DNA of 64,000 nucleotides from Bispira polyomma (lineage: Eukaryota), in NCBI GenBank assembly GCA_965649765.1, contig OZ287757.1, positions 53,258,001 to 53,322,000 of the forward strand, read 5' to 3'. The stretch's first letter is position 1. Every line of letters starts with the position of its first letter. The notes under the pieces are model-generated. The model was not told the DNA's origin, made no database searches, and worked only from the letters and a program-made list of their open reading frames with translations. Positions 1 through 12,845 of this stretch are shown in pieces. The position numbers and the translations under genes are program-made.

Positions 1-869
1 GTTATGTATTATCTGATTGTTTCGTCACTGAATCTGGTTTTGAACAAAAATCTTGATGCTATTCATTTTGAAAAAAGCCTCCTCAGCAGGTGTTCAGGGA
101 CTATAGGAGAAACACCATTTTTGAAGTACAATTATTTCTTATGACTCTGTAAATTGATGCAATAACCTAATTTTGTACATTGTAATCACATTTGGGGCCT
201 TCACATATAATTAAGAAAATAAACTGGAAGCGCTAACTTTTTCAATGTTCTGACTCACATGTAAAATTATTTGAATATTCAATTATGTGCTGTCTTACAT
301 TTAATTATTTGTAACTGTCACATTAATTTAATTTATTTATAAAAATTAGCTAAAAGAGATCAACAGTGCTTTGGCACAATAAAAGACAGTAACATCCATG
401 CATTAAAAAAAAATCTAAAGGCATTGTATGAGTACACAATATACAATGTACTCATACAGAAAGTCATACCCTAAGTGTATATGTAGGATGAATAAAGTAT
501 ATGTCTCCTATATATATGGACATTGATCAAAGCGTACTGGAATAATGACCCTAACAGAGCTTATAATGGAAATGTGGGTTAGAAGGGTTAACAGCTCCCA
601 TCATCACAGCCCATTAAGTCCAAGACATCACTGAGAGGTGTTTTTTCTGCATTAGTCCTGAAACACATCTCCTCTGATCCTTTTCCCTGATCCTAAAATC
701 AGGGAATTTATTAGGGGAACCACAATATATTTTTAAAGACATGTAATTTTTCATAATATCTAGTCTGTTACCCAGAGGATATCAGTTAAATGTCCTAGAA
801 TATTACATAGTTACTATTTTAGGGTGTAATAAGAAATAACATATAATAATAAATTTTAAAACAGTACCC

Positions 870-1080
870 CTCACTTGTTGTGAATTGTTGGGATGTCGTA
901 CATTTGGGACGACATGTTGGTTCAAACTATGTTTGTTCCTTCATGTGTGAAAGTTTGTCAGGTAGTTGCCCTACGTCGGTTGCTTACAAAGTGGCGTCAG
1001 CACTGGTTTCCTCTACCGTTGAATCTGATCGTCGGGATATGACCCAAGCAGTTGAAACTGACATAACACCCAACTAATTT
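870..1080 (+). mobile_element. Older SINE relic with a body related to family A
   Basis: ggttcaaact (B-box-like), then atgtgtgaaagtttgtcagg..ctggtttcctctacc..gatatgacc, paralleling family A atgtgggaaagg..gtttcctccagc..aatataacc. Confidence 0.6.
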
Positions 1081-2801
1081 GTAATTCTAATATATGTCTT
1101 ATATATGTTCTTATTGTAGATTTATATGTTTTATTGGTGATTACAATTTGTAGTTGTTGATGCTGTAGTTTCAGTTGTCTCTGTTGCAATGTGTCTTTGG
1201 AGAGAGGGGGGCATGCAATAAGTAGCTGGTTTAAGCTAGAGCTGTAACCTGAGGTTACTTTGGAGATTTGTTTTTCATATACCAGCTAAAGGAAGTATAA
1301 TTGTACTACCTTTAAAATGACTTCATTTTGTTAGCTATATTTGCCCCAACAAACTAAGCGAGTGACTTTTCTTTAATTTAACAAAGCAGTTTAAAACTAG
1401 ACATGACCATACACAAAAGGGATTAATTTTGGGGTTTATCTTTCGCTGGCTATGAAATGGTTACTGGAAGTATATTGAGATATCAGTTGTGCTGCAATAC
1501 TTAAATTAATTAGCACTAAAGATGAGGAAAGTATAGAATCGTACTGGTGCTATAAATATGTCTAAACAATAAAGACCCCCCCCCCCCCACCCCGATAGTA
1601 AAAAAAGATACGACGATAACACATATACTTTAAAACAGTTACAAGATAAACCCTACATGTTAGATTATTTCAGATATAACAATAGTTTTTAAAATGACAC
1701 AGGTGCACAGTGTAAAATACACTAACATTCATACAGCCACTATATATACGCAATATTTTCAAAGAATTATATTTAATTAAGTACTTTTAGGTTGGCCGTA
1801 AGTTATGATATTGTGTACGGCCATTGTGTTAATCAATATACAACCGCAAACAAAATGGAAAGATGATAGTTTTTCCGTTATAAGTGAGGTTACACATTCA
1901 CAACGATTTGCTATAGTAAACAACTCGATCTGTGCCATGCACCAGTCAGTAAATCAGAGCATTGTCGTGGACAAAAACACTCGGTCTACATTCATATGCT
2001 GAACAAAGTGTTAGGTGAAATCTGACCGCATATTTGAATTCAGCGTTGAAACACATATCACAATGCATGATCACACAAGTCTATAGGGTTATACTTCCAT
2101 GTGTACAAAGACTTCCACACACATTCTTCTGTTGAGTCTGAGTTTGAACTAAAATTGTCTTTGAGGACACACCAAAACACAGCCATTCAGAAATGACATA
2201 CATCAGCTGTGTTTAGTCAATGGGTAATTTACAAGTGATATTTCATCTGACACAAAAGAAAAGAAAAAGGGTGAGTTATGAGACGCCAAAATAAGGCTCC
2301 CCCATCAAGAGTCCCATCATCTCAGATGTGATTCCTCATTTTTTTTCTGTTAATGGCTGCCTATTACCTTAAAGGAGAGGGGGTGGGGTAATGGGCATGG
2401 CCCTTTATTGAGGGGGTGGTGTGGTTGATCCTCCATCATAGAAGGAGGTGTTGTTATTATCGCACCTGTGAAAATAAATTACAACCGTGAGAACCAGAAG
2501 AGATTACTCTCAATCTTTATAGCAGGTAGTTGAACCATTTTTTTTTTTTTTTTTTGGGGGGGGGGGGAGGGGGGGGAGGCAGAGGGAGTGCTAACTTGTA
2601 GAAATAGTGTTAGTTTGAATGAGCATTCGTTGTCAAGAAAAGAAATGCAAGCAGTTAATTCGTGGATTTAATGAAACATACACCAAACAGAAAACACAAG
2701 TTCAAAAGTTTGGAGATCACTAGGTTAGGACAAGTTTGTGTACTGTATATACATGTAGTGTAACTAAAAGTAGGAGAGTGTCTTTATGGGATTAATAAAC
2801 T

Positions 2802-3311
2802 ACTGCTTACACGGCACAACACGGCACTACACTACACTACACTACACAACATCGCAATTGGCTTTTAATGGATCTCTAATGAGAAATTGTGGTGTTTTTG
2901 TGTGCATGGTACAGTCTTCATATGGTGTTTAAATATGAGCCATGGTTGAACATCGAATTTATATTGATTATGCAGTGTTGTTTTGTGTTTGATTTACATA
3001 GTACTGTCGTTTAGTAATGTGTCATGCCCTGTAGTGTCACGGAATCAGCGGTTTCTAAAGCCCTTTATAAACCGCTGACTATACGGTACAGGACGACAAC
3101 ACGTCACAGCACAACATTGCTAGGCACATCAAACACAACACACCACTACATATGCTAACCATATAACATATATCGATTTTTATCTGTTTTATAATTTTGC
3201 TACACATATGGAGTAAGCTAACGGCATATCTTTTTAAAATATATTTTTCAAGATTTCTCCATATTTCTCAAATTTAATTGCCATGTTGAGTCGTGTTGTG
3301 TAGGAAGCAGT
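2802..3311. mobile_element. Foldback/MITE-like imperfect palindrome (~510 bp)
   Basis: Ends actgcttacacggcacaac / gtcgtgttgtgtaggaagcagt; centre tcagcggtttctaaag / ctttataaaccgctga at ~3045-3078; tgtgtttgat / atcaaacaca pair internally. Confidence 0.7.
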
Positions 3312-3449
3312 CTCTATGATCTTTCTAGATCATCTAGATTAATGTTGTGTAGTTTTGGTCTGTTTTTTCTAGTTGTTCTAATACCGGAAAATAAATAATA
3401 ATTGAAACATTTATAAAATGATAAGATGATAATAAATTGATGAGAACAT

Positions 3450-3640
3450 CCTCTCAGGTGCTGCAATCCAAAAACAGAAAGTTCAGTGGCAAGCCAAAGA
3501 AAGCATCAACCGAGGCAAAGGTGGCCAAGGAGTGCGAGGACTAGACTGAAAAGGTAAGTTTTTAAATGGCTTGTGAAAGCAGTGATTTTATCCTGTGTTC
3601 TGACAGTGTGTGGGAGTTTGTTCCATTCAACAGGAGCCTC
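3450..3640 (-). mobile_element. L2/CR1-like LINE 3' end relic
   Basis: Minus strand translates APVEWNKLPHTVRTQDKITAFTSHLKTYLF, the usual ORF2 C-terminus of this group. Confidence 0.75.
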
Positions 3641-4676
3641 AACATTATATTTTAGGATTAATGTTATATTTGTCTCATAATTATAGTTAATATATTTATC
3701 TCATATAAATTGACTGATAGTTAGAACTTTATTTCTTAATCGATGCAGAAATACAATGTTTTACATTGAAAAAAGCAGGCACACTTTTTATACTTCTGAG
3801 ATGTTTTCTGGTAAAGTAACATAGCTGACCTAGATTAGAAAGTAGGTCAAATCGCTATGCCAAATGATTACTATTAAAGCCCAGAATGCCACTCGAAAAT
3901 AAAATAGGATGGCAAAATTTGTAGTCAATAATAGACTTACATAAAGCGGCCTTCATCTCCCTCCAATACACCTTTTTTAAAGGCTATTCCTGTTTTTAAC
4001 CTACATATATGATAACAATGAGGTGCCTCTGTCTACGGCAGAAATAAACAAATAATCAATCATATATTAGAATACTAAGCCAGAAGGAAAGTGACCAGTA
4101 ATTACTTTTTTTCGGTAATGTTTTAAAGGCACCATTCATATGACTATTTCTCCAACTGCTTTACAAACTTAAAAATTCACATATATTTATAAGATTGTGG
4201 CATATAAAATGATGGAGATGGAAGGGAAAAAAAGGAAATTTGCTGCATTTGTAGATTGTTGTAAGGAATAAAACCAGGAGAGTGCCAGAGAAAATCCGCA
4301 GTAAAGCTATATAGAACCATTATCTACATCTACATCTTCAAAGTAAAAATTGAATCTTTATGCAATTACTACAGTGACCTTGTACCCACACAAATCCTAC
4401 TATATCTAATCTTTCCAAACAAAATACACTTTAATATAAGATATATTTTGATTTTCACATTGATATTTTAAAATGAAGTACTTAAACTATGGCTACAATA
4501 TTAATATCTCTAGTTCAAGTGCTATTGCTTTATACTCACAACCTTTTTATATCCCAAACGTTACAATGGCAATCACATTTCCGAAGACACTTAAATTTAT
4601 AACAGTTTTACATTAATCTTATTTATATTTCAGTTGTACAGATAAAATCAAGTAATCTTCACCCCATGAGTTTACC

Positions 4677-5963
4677 ATGACACCATCATCAGTAGAGTCC
4701 ACAATGGATCTTATCACAGTGCCAACTGAAGACTTCTCACTTCCAGAAATAAGTAGCAGCAGCAACGAGACCTCTCTGGCTTGGGAGGAAAATGACAGTA
4801 CAATCTTTGTTCAGGATGACCGTCCATATTGGGAGTACGGTTACCCATACAGCAACCCGTCAGTGGCAGACACGTTCCTTGACTACAGTCAGACTGTAGT
4901 CTTAAGCTTTCTTGGCATTATGCTCAATACAATCGCTCTGGTACTCTTGTTCAAGGTCTCAATGAAGGGCAAGACATCTTCTGACATATTTCTAATGTCT
5001 CAGCTCTCATTTGACCTGGGCAGTTCCATCACTGCTTTGTTCTGGGCCATAGGAAAGGCATGGGAACCACAGCTCTTCAACAGGGACATCCCGTTGAAGG
5101 TCCTCTGTATTGTCTGGTATTCGCAGTTCATCCAGTTGTTTTTTTCAAACATGTCCATTCTGAACTGCACCCTGCTCACCCTTGAGAGGTATGCCAAAAT
5201 AGCTTTCCCCATTATGCAGCGTATATGGATGTCTCCCAAAAAGGCCAAACTTGTACTACTGGTACTGGTCTGTTTCGTCATTCTGCATAGAATCATTGTT
5301 GATGTCTTGTTTATCGATCTCAACGGGGGACTGTGCAAATGGAGCCGAACCATGTCCGATGAACTCTCCATGGCACTTCAGCTGTATAACTTCACCATAG
5401 TCACTGTTATCCCCATGGGAATCTTTGTGTGGTGTTACAGTCACATGTTGTTGATCTTGCACAGAAGGCGTAATCAGATTGAGCCGGGGACAAAAGACAC
5501 TGCCATGGCATTTAAACTTTCCGCATCTCAATCGAATCCATCTAGTGGCGATCAGGGGCCAACTAAAGCTAAATGTAACAAATCATTTGGTATCCACCTA
5601 CAGGTACATCCGCAAGGCGGTCATTCTAGTAATCACTCTTCATCCCAAGGAAAACAACTATCCAATCATCGAAGTATACAGAGAGGCAAAGCAACAGCGG
5701 GTAAACTTGCCCATGCTGAGCGAAATCTATTCATTACGGCCTTGCTGGTGAATGTTTCCTTTATAGCCAGCAATGCTCCCATCCGACTTTACTTTTTGTT
5801 TATAACCACTGGCCTTCTTCAAAACCACTACAGGGGAGCAGGCTACAAGTTCATGATTTCACTTATTTACCTGAATTACTGCTTTCACCCAGTCATTTAT
5901 GCTTTTACCTTGAAGAAGGTGAGGGATAAACTCATGTTTTGGAGGAAAAACGCAAGGTGGTAG
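4677..5963 (+). CDS. Rhodopsin-like (class A) 7TM GPCR, copy 1, 428 aa, single coding exon
   Basis: Seven hydrophobic segments; TM3 LTLERY, TM5 IP..CY, TM7 NYCFHPVIY, basic helix 8 (TLKKVRDKL); Cys at top of TM3 and in ECL2; N-glycosylation sequons in the N-terminus (NET, NDS). In-frame TAA at 4653 fixes ATG 4677 as the earliest start. Splice-acceptor-like tatttcag ends at 4633. Confidence 0.93.
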   Translation: MTPSSVESTMDLITVPTEDFSLPEISSSSNETSLAWEENDSTIFVQDDRPYWEYGYPYSNPSVADTFLDYSQTVVLSFLGIMLNTIALVLLFKVSMKGKTSSDIFLMSQLSFDLGSSITALFWAIGKAWEPQLFNRDIPLKVLCIVWYSQFIQLFFSNMSILNCTLLTLERYAKIAFPIMQRIWMSPKKAKLVLLVLVCFVILHRIIVDVLFIDLNGGLCKWSRTMSDELSMALQLYNFTIVTVIPMGIFVWCYSHMLLILHRRRNQIEPGTKDTAMAFKLSASQSNPSSGDQGPTKAKCNKSFGIHLQVHPQGGHSSNHSSSQGKQLSNHRSIQRGKATAGKLAHAERNLFITALLVNVSFIASNAPIRLYFLFITTGLLQNHYRGAGYKFMISLIYLNYCFHPVIYAFTLKKVRDKLMFWRKNARW

Positions 5964-7583
5964 GAAAAAGTACGATAATGTTTGTCTCCAAAAAATCATG
6001 ACATTTTTTTAGTGGGGCCTCAGTAGTTTTTTTCTGCCATGGTCAGATTCGTAGCACCTGGCATGTATGTGCAAAAAGAGTTTGTGGACGTAGTATTGGT
6101 AAAGGGCGGATGGTTTGCGGAGCCAAAAACCATGGAAAACTACAAAACAAAACTGGTTGAAAGTGGGGTTAAACTGAGCTATTGCAGCAGTAAGACATCT
6201 ACAATTGTTATTAGCCGAGCTGTTTCATTTACGAGCCATAAGGAAAGCAGTCAAAGTATAGAGACTATGATCAACGAGCCAAGTTTACTATACAGTGCTC
6301 CAGTTTTACAAAATTCCTTAACAAATTAGGTATTATTCTGCACACCAACAACCTTAGCTCACCCATGGGCGGCTGGAACACTGATTCACAAAAATACACC
6401 TACTTAGCAGAAAAAGACCTACTAAACCTTTTTGATTCTTAAGAAAACTGGTGCTGGGAAATGAAGGAATACATCATTCTATAAAGGCCTAATGTATAAT
6501 TATTTAAAGGAGAGATTCTGCTATACTAACAATTTCCCATTGCAAGGAACTAAAATGAAATATAATGGTAATTTTTTTGTTTATTTACTAGATTGTGGTG
6601 TGTCATATGTGATTTTCCACAGTAAACGCAAAGTATAGGTAAATATATATATATGTAGTTGTCACCAGTAGGCATTTAGTGGGGCTTTGTAAAACAGGGG
6701 CCCAAATACAGGGGTCAAAGGTGTATGGAGTTGGACAAACTCTTATTTTCAGTTAAAATAAGCATTTTATAGTACACAAGAGAGGACTATGGTAATGTCG
6801 AGGTTAATGTTTTACTCTTATCATTCCACAAACAATGACCAGACATCATCATGCCTGGAAAACACTCTGTAAAGAAACATGGAGGTAACAAAAATCTGTA
6901 TGTGCCACGTGTAACATGTATGGGTGGTTTTATGTGTCTTCATGCCATTAATATTAAAACTAGTCTTTACAATGTTATAAATTGTATTGAACATTATATA
7001 TAATATGATAATTTGACATAATCATGATTGTTTCTCTTTTGTATGTGTTTGTGTAGTTTTAATAATATTATAGTAAACAATTAAATTCATAAGAAACTGT
7101 TCAGAACCTATTAATACATGTAAAATATAAGTTTTGTGCAATGTTGTGGTGTACATAATTAGATGTTTAGAATGGTATCAGTTTATGTTTGAAGTTAATT
7201 CCCTAAGATAACAGTTCACTACCTTTTGGTCCTATTGTGTAGTCATTTAGGAAGCTTTATCAGCAAAATAATGAAGTTATAATAAGTGGACAATAAAAGC
7301 AAAACAATCTTGGTGCTACATATTTTAAATGTTGTCACAAAATATGCACCCCTGAGGGAATTTTCCTATTATATACTGCTGACTGTAAATTTATGAAATA
7401 ACCATACATAAAATATTTAAAAATCAGGGGTCGTATTCACAACAAAGTCTTAACTTAATCTCATTTTATCATTTATTTCTCAAATATTTAAGTTAGTAGT
7501 AGTTGTAAGAGCAACGTTAACTATTAGGCACATTAAAAATCTATCGTATCATAATAAATGTATTTTTTTGTCTCTTTCATCTG

Positions 7584-7838
7584 GAGCCACGGTGGCCTAG
7601 TGGTTAGCAGGCATTGCGCTTCACAATCACTGGTTTCCCACCTCTGGGCGGAGTGAGTTCGAATCCTGTCGATGCCTATGTGGGAAAGGTGGTAGTTCCT
7701 TATTGTGGGCCGCTGGTTTCAGTGCAGAACATTCATCAACTGTATGCAGTGTTTCCTCCAGAGTTTCCAACTACCCGTCCCAATATAACCTAAACAGGTA
7801 CTAGAGTGGATGTTAAATATCCAAATTCAATTAAAAAA
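7584..7838 (+). mobile_element. tRNA-derived SINE, family A, full length
   Basis: A box TGGCCTAGTGG, B box GAGTTCGAATC, A-rich tail; 12-bp TSD ctctttcatctg (7572-7583 / 7839-7850). Confidence 0.92.
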
Positions 7839-9146
7839 CTCTTTCATCTGAAATCACATAGCTAGAGACTGACAAGCCTTTGTTCGAAAAATCTGTCTGC
7901 TGTATCATGTCAAACATTAGTAATTTACAAGTAAGTTAGTGCACTGCTTTTATTTATAATCAACTGTTGGTAAAAAAATTAACAATTGCATATCAGGCCT
8001 GAAAAAATTCTACCCGGCAAGAAAATTTTGAGCGTTAAAAACTTTGTATATCCGAGACAGAAATGTCCATCTATAGCTCGGAAGCTTACATTGTGAAAAT
8101 GTCTTGGATGGAGTGGGTTATATTATATCTTCACTGATAAAGGCAAGGTAAGCTAATATGGTGTAATATACAGGGAATATGTGTACACTGTAGATGAGAA
8201 TGAAAGACTTGGTGAAAACAAATCAATGTATGTAGTCAGTGTTTATCTCAGCTAGTAGGCATTGCCTTTTAGCTCATATAATAACGTGGTGGACTTTTAT
8301 GGGACTTTAAGTCCAGTTGATTGCAAGCGAGTTTATTTAAGCTACAGGTTTAGAGAGCTAGGAACAGCTGTCCGAATACTATGCTACTCTGCTTTATAAG
8401 ATCAGTGAGACCAGTCAATGTATCTACCATATTAGTCAGTGTGATTTAGCTGATACAGTGACGTGGTAAACTGTTCTGTGACTAAAGTCCAGTGGAGTAT
8501 AATAGTCTGTAGCAGCTTCCCTTACCTTACATTGCTGTCATTAGGTCACATCAAGACGGTCAGATTCAATGGTGGAAGAAACCAGTACTTGTAAACCACC
8601 GATCAAGTGTTTCCACATCAAGAAACATCGATACAAACACAAAAAAAATGACAGAATAATCTCTATACTTTTTTCAATGTTACTGCTGTGTACTGTCGCT
8701 TTTGGTGTGCAAGCAAGGTATATTTGCTCCAGTATCGCGTCGGCAAGGGCCGTGTCGCGTCGCGCCAGATTCAGTGTGCAATGGGTTTAACACTTAGGAG
8801 ATATTAAGGACACCCTTCATGTTTAAAACACATGTTTAACGTTTTACAATACCGTAACTGCAAAATATGTGTGTGATTATACCTCTACGTTTATAACATA
8901 CGGCAAAGTCAATTCGTTGTAAGAAATCTCTTTTATGTCATTTTGTCCACGTTAGACGGGAATCTCTGATCTTATAACAAACACTAAGTCAGGGATGGTC
9001 ATTTCGATAGGTCATGAATGTGGGACCCAAGCAAAAGTACAAAAGATACATCCTCGATGTTAGTTCACTCTCTCATTACATCTAGGCTGGATCATGCCAG
9101 TTATATTTAGTGTATGCACTTCAGAATCACCTGAGTCAGTATTCAC

Positions 9147-9221
9147 GAAGGGACTTAGCCAAGTCTTAGGCTTAAGTCTAGTACAAAAGTATACTGATTT
9201 AAGACTTGGCTAAGTTCCTTC
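9147..9221. repeat. Near-perfect 22-bp inverted repeat (small MITE-like hairpin)
   Basis: gaagggacttagccaagtctta ... taagacttggctaagttccttc (21/22); absent from the paralogous block near 28960. Confidence 0.8.
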
Positions 9222-9383
9222 CTAAATGAGTTGAACAAGCTCCAAAGAATATTTTGTAAAATGCTGCAAGTATTGTCGCGTTAAGTCCAAAAAAATGTCA
9301 TATATCTCACACTTGCAATGAACTGCACTGGTTGCCTATCAAGCAAATAATGACCTTTCGAAATGTTGTTACTTCCATTTAAA

Positions 9384-9772
9384 AATAGAAAAGTGTTCTT
9401 TGATTATGTTGTTAAAAATGTGGAAGTAAACTTTAATCTTTTGAGTTCGGAAGAAAAATTTATTAATTTCATGTCACTCAAAGATAAACATATTAAAACA
9501 TTTGCAAAATTTTTATGTAAACTATGGGCATATAGGAAATCAAATTTTTTAAAAGAATTGAAGATATAGAAAGTTCAATAAATTGTGAATTTTACCATTT
9601 CTGCAAAATAATAGTTTTATACCTTTATATACACACATTAAATTAGAATATTATATTTAAACTGACTTATAAGCCTTAAGGCTGAGTGTTACAATTAATA
9701 AAATGTGATTTTGTATATTTAAAAATGTATAACACAATGTCAGTATAATAAAAAATTTATCTATCTATCTAT
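9384..9772 (+). mobile_element. 5'-truncated LINE with (TATC)n tail, inserted into an older L2/CR1-like relic
   Basis: ORF2-like C-terminus (..FAKFLCKLWAYRK), AATAAA then tatctatctatc; 8-bp TSD catttaaa (9376-9383 / 9773-9780); host reads LHWLPIKQ..FKAINGVAP across the insertion; empty site at ~29030. Confidence 0.75.
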
Positions 9773-10504
9773 CATTTAAAGCGATCAATGGAGTAGCTCC
9801 AGACTGCATCAGAGACATGCTACCATTATGTATATAGAAGTAATCATCAAATTATATTTTAATGTTAAGAGCTCAACTAATAGAAACACAAGAAATTCTC
9901 CCTGTCCGAAAATAAACAAACATGAAAAAGAAATAAAAACAGTTTTTTACAATAAAAATTAAAAACATGAAAAAGAAATAATATAGTCTTTTACAATAAA
10001 AATGATAAATATATATATAACAACCCCCAAAAATTTGTGCTAGATTTATGACAATGTCTAGACTTAGCCCTTTGGGGCTCCTACTTCCACAAGTGTTAAA
10101 CAAAATGCCCATATTAGCCATAATGTATAAAAATGCAGGCAGTGAAGAATTGACACTGTCACTTGAACACAAATAGGATCATAGTTTAATCGCTGGGTTT
10201 GTATACATAACATGGTCATAATATTCAGTCGAATGATAAATAAATGCCATACCTATTAGCTGAGCAACTAACATTAAAATATGTTGGAAAGTTATAGAAG
10301 TTCAAAGGCCAAAATATGCCTAAATTAGGATCATAATACCCCCTAAAAAACATTGAGATCAACCAATGATTAGCTGCTACAAGTAAAGAATCCATCCACA
10401 AAACAACCGATCATTAAAAAGAAGCAACACAACATAGTAAACATATAAAATTGTGTAATTCAAGCATCATAATGAATCATCTAACTAGCGTATAATAAGG
10501 CCTG

Positions 10505-10686
10505 AAGCCTGAAGTTAACTTCTGGTGACTGCTGACAAATCTTTCAAGTACGTGAAACAGTATATAAAATAAGTAAATTGTGTACGTCAAGTAATACATA
10601 TCAAGTCATGAAGCCTAAGGTTGACTACTGATTGCTGTTGACAAACCTTTCAAGTACCTGAAGGAGTAAAAAGAAGTAAATTGTGT
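10505..10686. repeat. ~105-bp diverged tandem duplication
   Basis: aagcct..tgacaaa.ctttcaagtac.tgaa..aagtaaattgtgt twice. Confidence 0.75.
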
Positions 10687-10904
10687 GAAATGTAAAAGTA
10701 ACTCTGTGCTGAGTGTTCATGACAAATAATTAAATATCGGTAAAAGAAGCAACGGAAGGGTTTTTTATGCTTACTGAAATTAACTTCTATATACAAGCCT
10801 TTACCATTCATCACATTTAACCAGCCCAAACACAAAGCTGAACGTATGGCGGCCATATTGTTACCACAGATTTCCCCCCCCCCCACCTAACTTATAGACA
10901 AGTT

Positions 10905-11110
10905 AGTCAGCTCACACAGGATGACTATTTATCAATGTGACCAAGGATCTTTAATCTGCCACTGAAGATATTACTCAGTGACAGAGGACCACCATTTTAA
11001 GTGGTCATCCGTGTCACAAGGCAAGCTTATGTTCACATCTAACCCAAAGATGTTATCCCACGAAATTACACTAGTGGTCGGTAGTTATGCATCAATGCCA
11101 TGTGTTACAC
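10905..11110 (-). mobile_element. SINE relic with a Deu/Nin-domain-like core
   Basis: Minus strand GGATGACCACTTAAAATGGTGGTCCTCTGTC...GTGGCAGATTAAAGATCCTTGG resembles the recalled Deu/Nin core (GGATGAGACGTxAAACCGAGGTCCCGT...GTGGxxGTAAAAGATCCC). Confidence 0.6.
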
Positions 11111-11787
11111 TGTCTCATTTAGGGGGGGGGGGGGGTGCATTATATGGCTGCCAAATTTACACCGCTAACAATGGCGGATTAAGGGGGGGTGGGTGGGTGG
11201 GGGGGGGGGGGCAAATATAGCTGCTATGTTTTACACCCCGATCATTAAATGTACCCCTTTATATAATGATAAAATAAGTGAAATTCTCTATTGCACTTAA
11301 GTTTAGGGCATTTTTTTTTTACTTCACCTTGGTTATTTAGACCTCATTTACACTCTATTTAAGTAATTGTGTGAAACAAAAAGTCAATGATTTAAAATTA
11401 CATAACCAATTTGTTTTTGCATTTAGTTAAAAACATGATATTTACAATATTATTTTTAACTTTGATTATACAGTATAAAGTGTGATATTTACAATATTCT
11501 TTAACTTTGACAATACAGTATAAAATAAGTACTTTAATATATATTTTTAAAAAAGAAAAAAAACCAGATATAATAATTATATTATTATATATTAATCCAA
11601 TAACCTGAGGTAGTACATTGACAATAGACCTGCTTGATTCCTGTCTTCCTATCAAAGGTCACCCAATACACAAACAAGCTTAAGGTTGAAGGTCAGAATC
11701 GGGAACCTTCTGATCATCAGACTTATTTTATCTAGTGTGGTTTCAATGAACATATTTAGATAGGTGCTGACATCTTAAATACATTAA

Positions 11788-12043
11788 GGGGACCGCGGTG
11801 GCCTAGTTGTTAGCAAGCATTGCACTTCACAATCACTGGTCTCTCACCTCTGGGTGGCCTGAGTTTGACTCCCGTCGATGCCTATGTGACAAAGGTGGTA
11901 GTTCCTTACTATGGACCGCTGGTTTCAGTGCAGAACCTTGATCAACTGTATGCAGTGTTTCCTCTAGCGTTTCCAACTACCCGTCCCAATATAACCTAAA
12001 CAGGTACTAGAGTGGACGTTAAATATCCCAATTCCAAAAAAAA
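11788..12043 (+). mobile_element. tRNA-derived SINE, family A, full length
   Basis: Same family; poly(A) tail; 11-bp TSD aaatacattaa; paralogous site near 29315 is empty. Confidence 0.93.
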
Positions 12044-12344
12044 AAATACATTAATATGTATTGTAAATATAAAAGTGGGTCCACAGAAGCAATGTAAATG
12101 GTATTCTAATGGCTTAAATAGTGAAAGCTCTTGTCTAAAGAAAGGTTTTGAAATGTTATTGATTGAAATGAATTATTTCATTTATAATATATGTTTAATA
12201 CTTTAAATTAAATATTTTTATTTTGGTATAATATAAATGATCATTTAAAATGTAGGAGCATCTCTTTCAGTGGCCATCTGAGCTGCAATGAATCTGTTTG
12301 TATGCGGTTGTCCAAGGCTCAGATCAAAACAAGGGATCTAAGAA

Positions 12345-12845
12345 GGGTTATGCGCTATTTGTCAGCCATTCTCTTTACAGAAGTTTATCCAAGGCTGACA
12401 TCCGTAAGTTGCAATGCATCGAAAACTTATTAGCCAGGCTGGTGGCCAATCATTCCAAGTACTCCTGTTTTACTCCGGTTTTATGAAGTCGCCACTGGTT
12501 ACCCATTGAGTTTAGATGTATGTTCAAAACAGCCACCTTAGTCTACACATTCTTAAATTATGGCCTTTAGTTTAACAATAACTTTGCCCATGATGCTCCA
12601 ACACTTTGGAATGAATTACCTGCCGAAATTCGTTGTGCAACCTCACTTACATCCTTTAGAAAAAACTTAAAACCTACTTATTTGACAAGGCTTTTCCACA
12701 ATAGCGCTAAATTCACCCGCGTCTCCATGGTGCTGACCCATGCTTGTCCAACAGAAATGCAAATTGAATAAGGATACTGTCCTGCGCCTTAGAATCCCCT
12801 AATAAGGAGAGATTAAGCGCTATAAAAGTTAGATTAGATTAGAAT
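12345..12845 (+). mobile_element. 5'-truncated L2/CR1-like LINE with (TTAGA)n tail
   Basis: KLQCIEN..HWLPIEFRCMFK..APTLWNELP..LKTYLFDKAF; tail ttagattagattaga; empty site at ~29655. A reverse copy of the same tail lies at 18541-18605. Confidence 0.85.

Noticed and set aside
425-458. 12-bp perfect hairpin (tgtatgagtaca / tgtactcataca)
   Set aside because: Isolated and short with no supporting context; not a terminator in a eukaryotic locus.
5000-5531. Antisense ORFs over the receptor genes (also 37443-37736, 37975-38247, 58878-59084)
   Set aside because: Their mutual similarity simply mirrors the sense-strand paralogy; starts and lengths are not conserved.
7584-7680. Functional tRNA gene (including a possible TCA anticodon, tRNA-Sec)
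   Set aside because: A/B boxes are followed by a shared 170-bp body, A tail and TSDs in four copies; no convincing cloverleaf and no resemblance to tRNA-Sec. It is a SINE head.
12012-12206. ORFs sharing the N-terminus MDVKYPNSKK (also 43498-43770)
   Set aside because: Both start at a GTG inside the SINE tail and read into unrelated flank.
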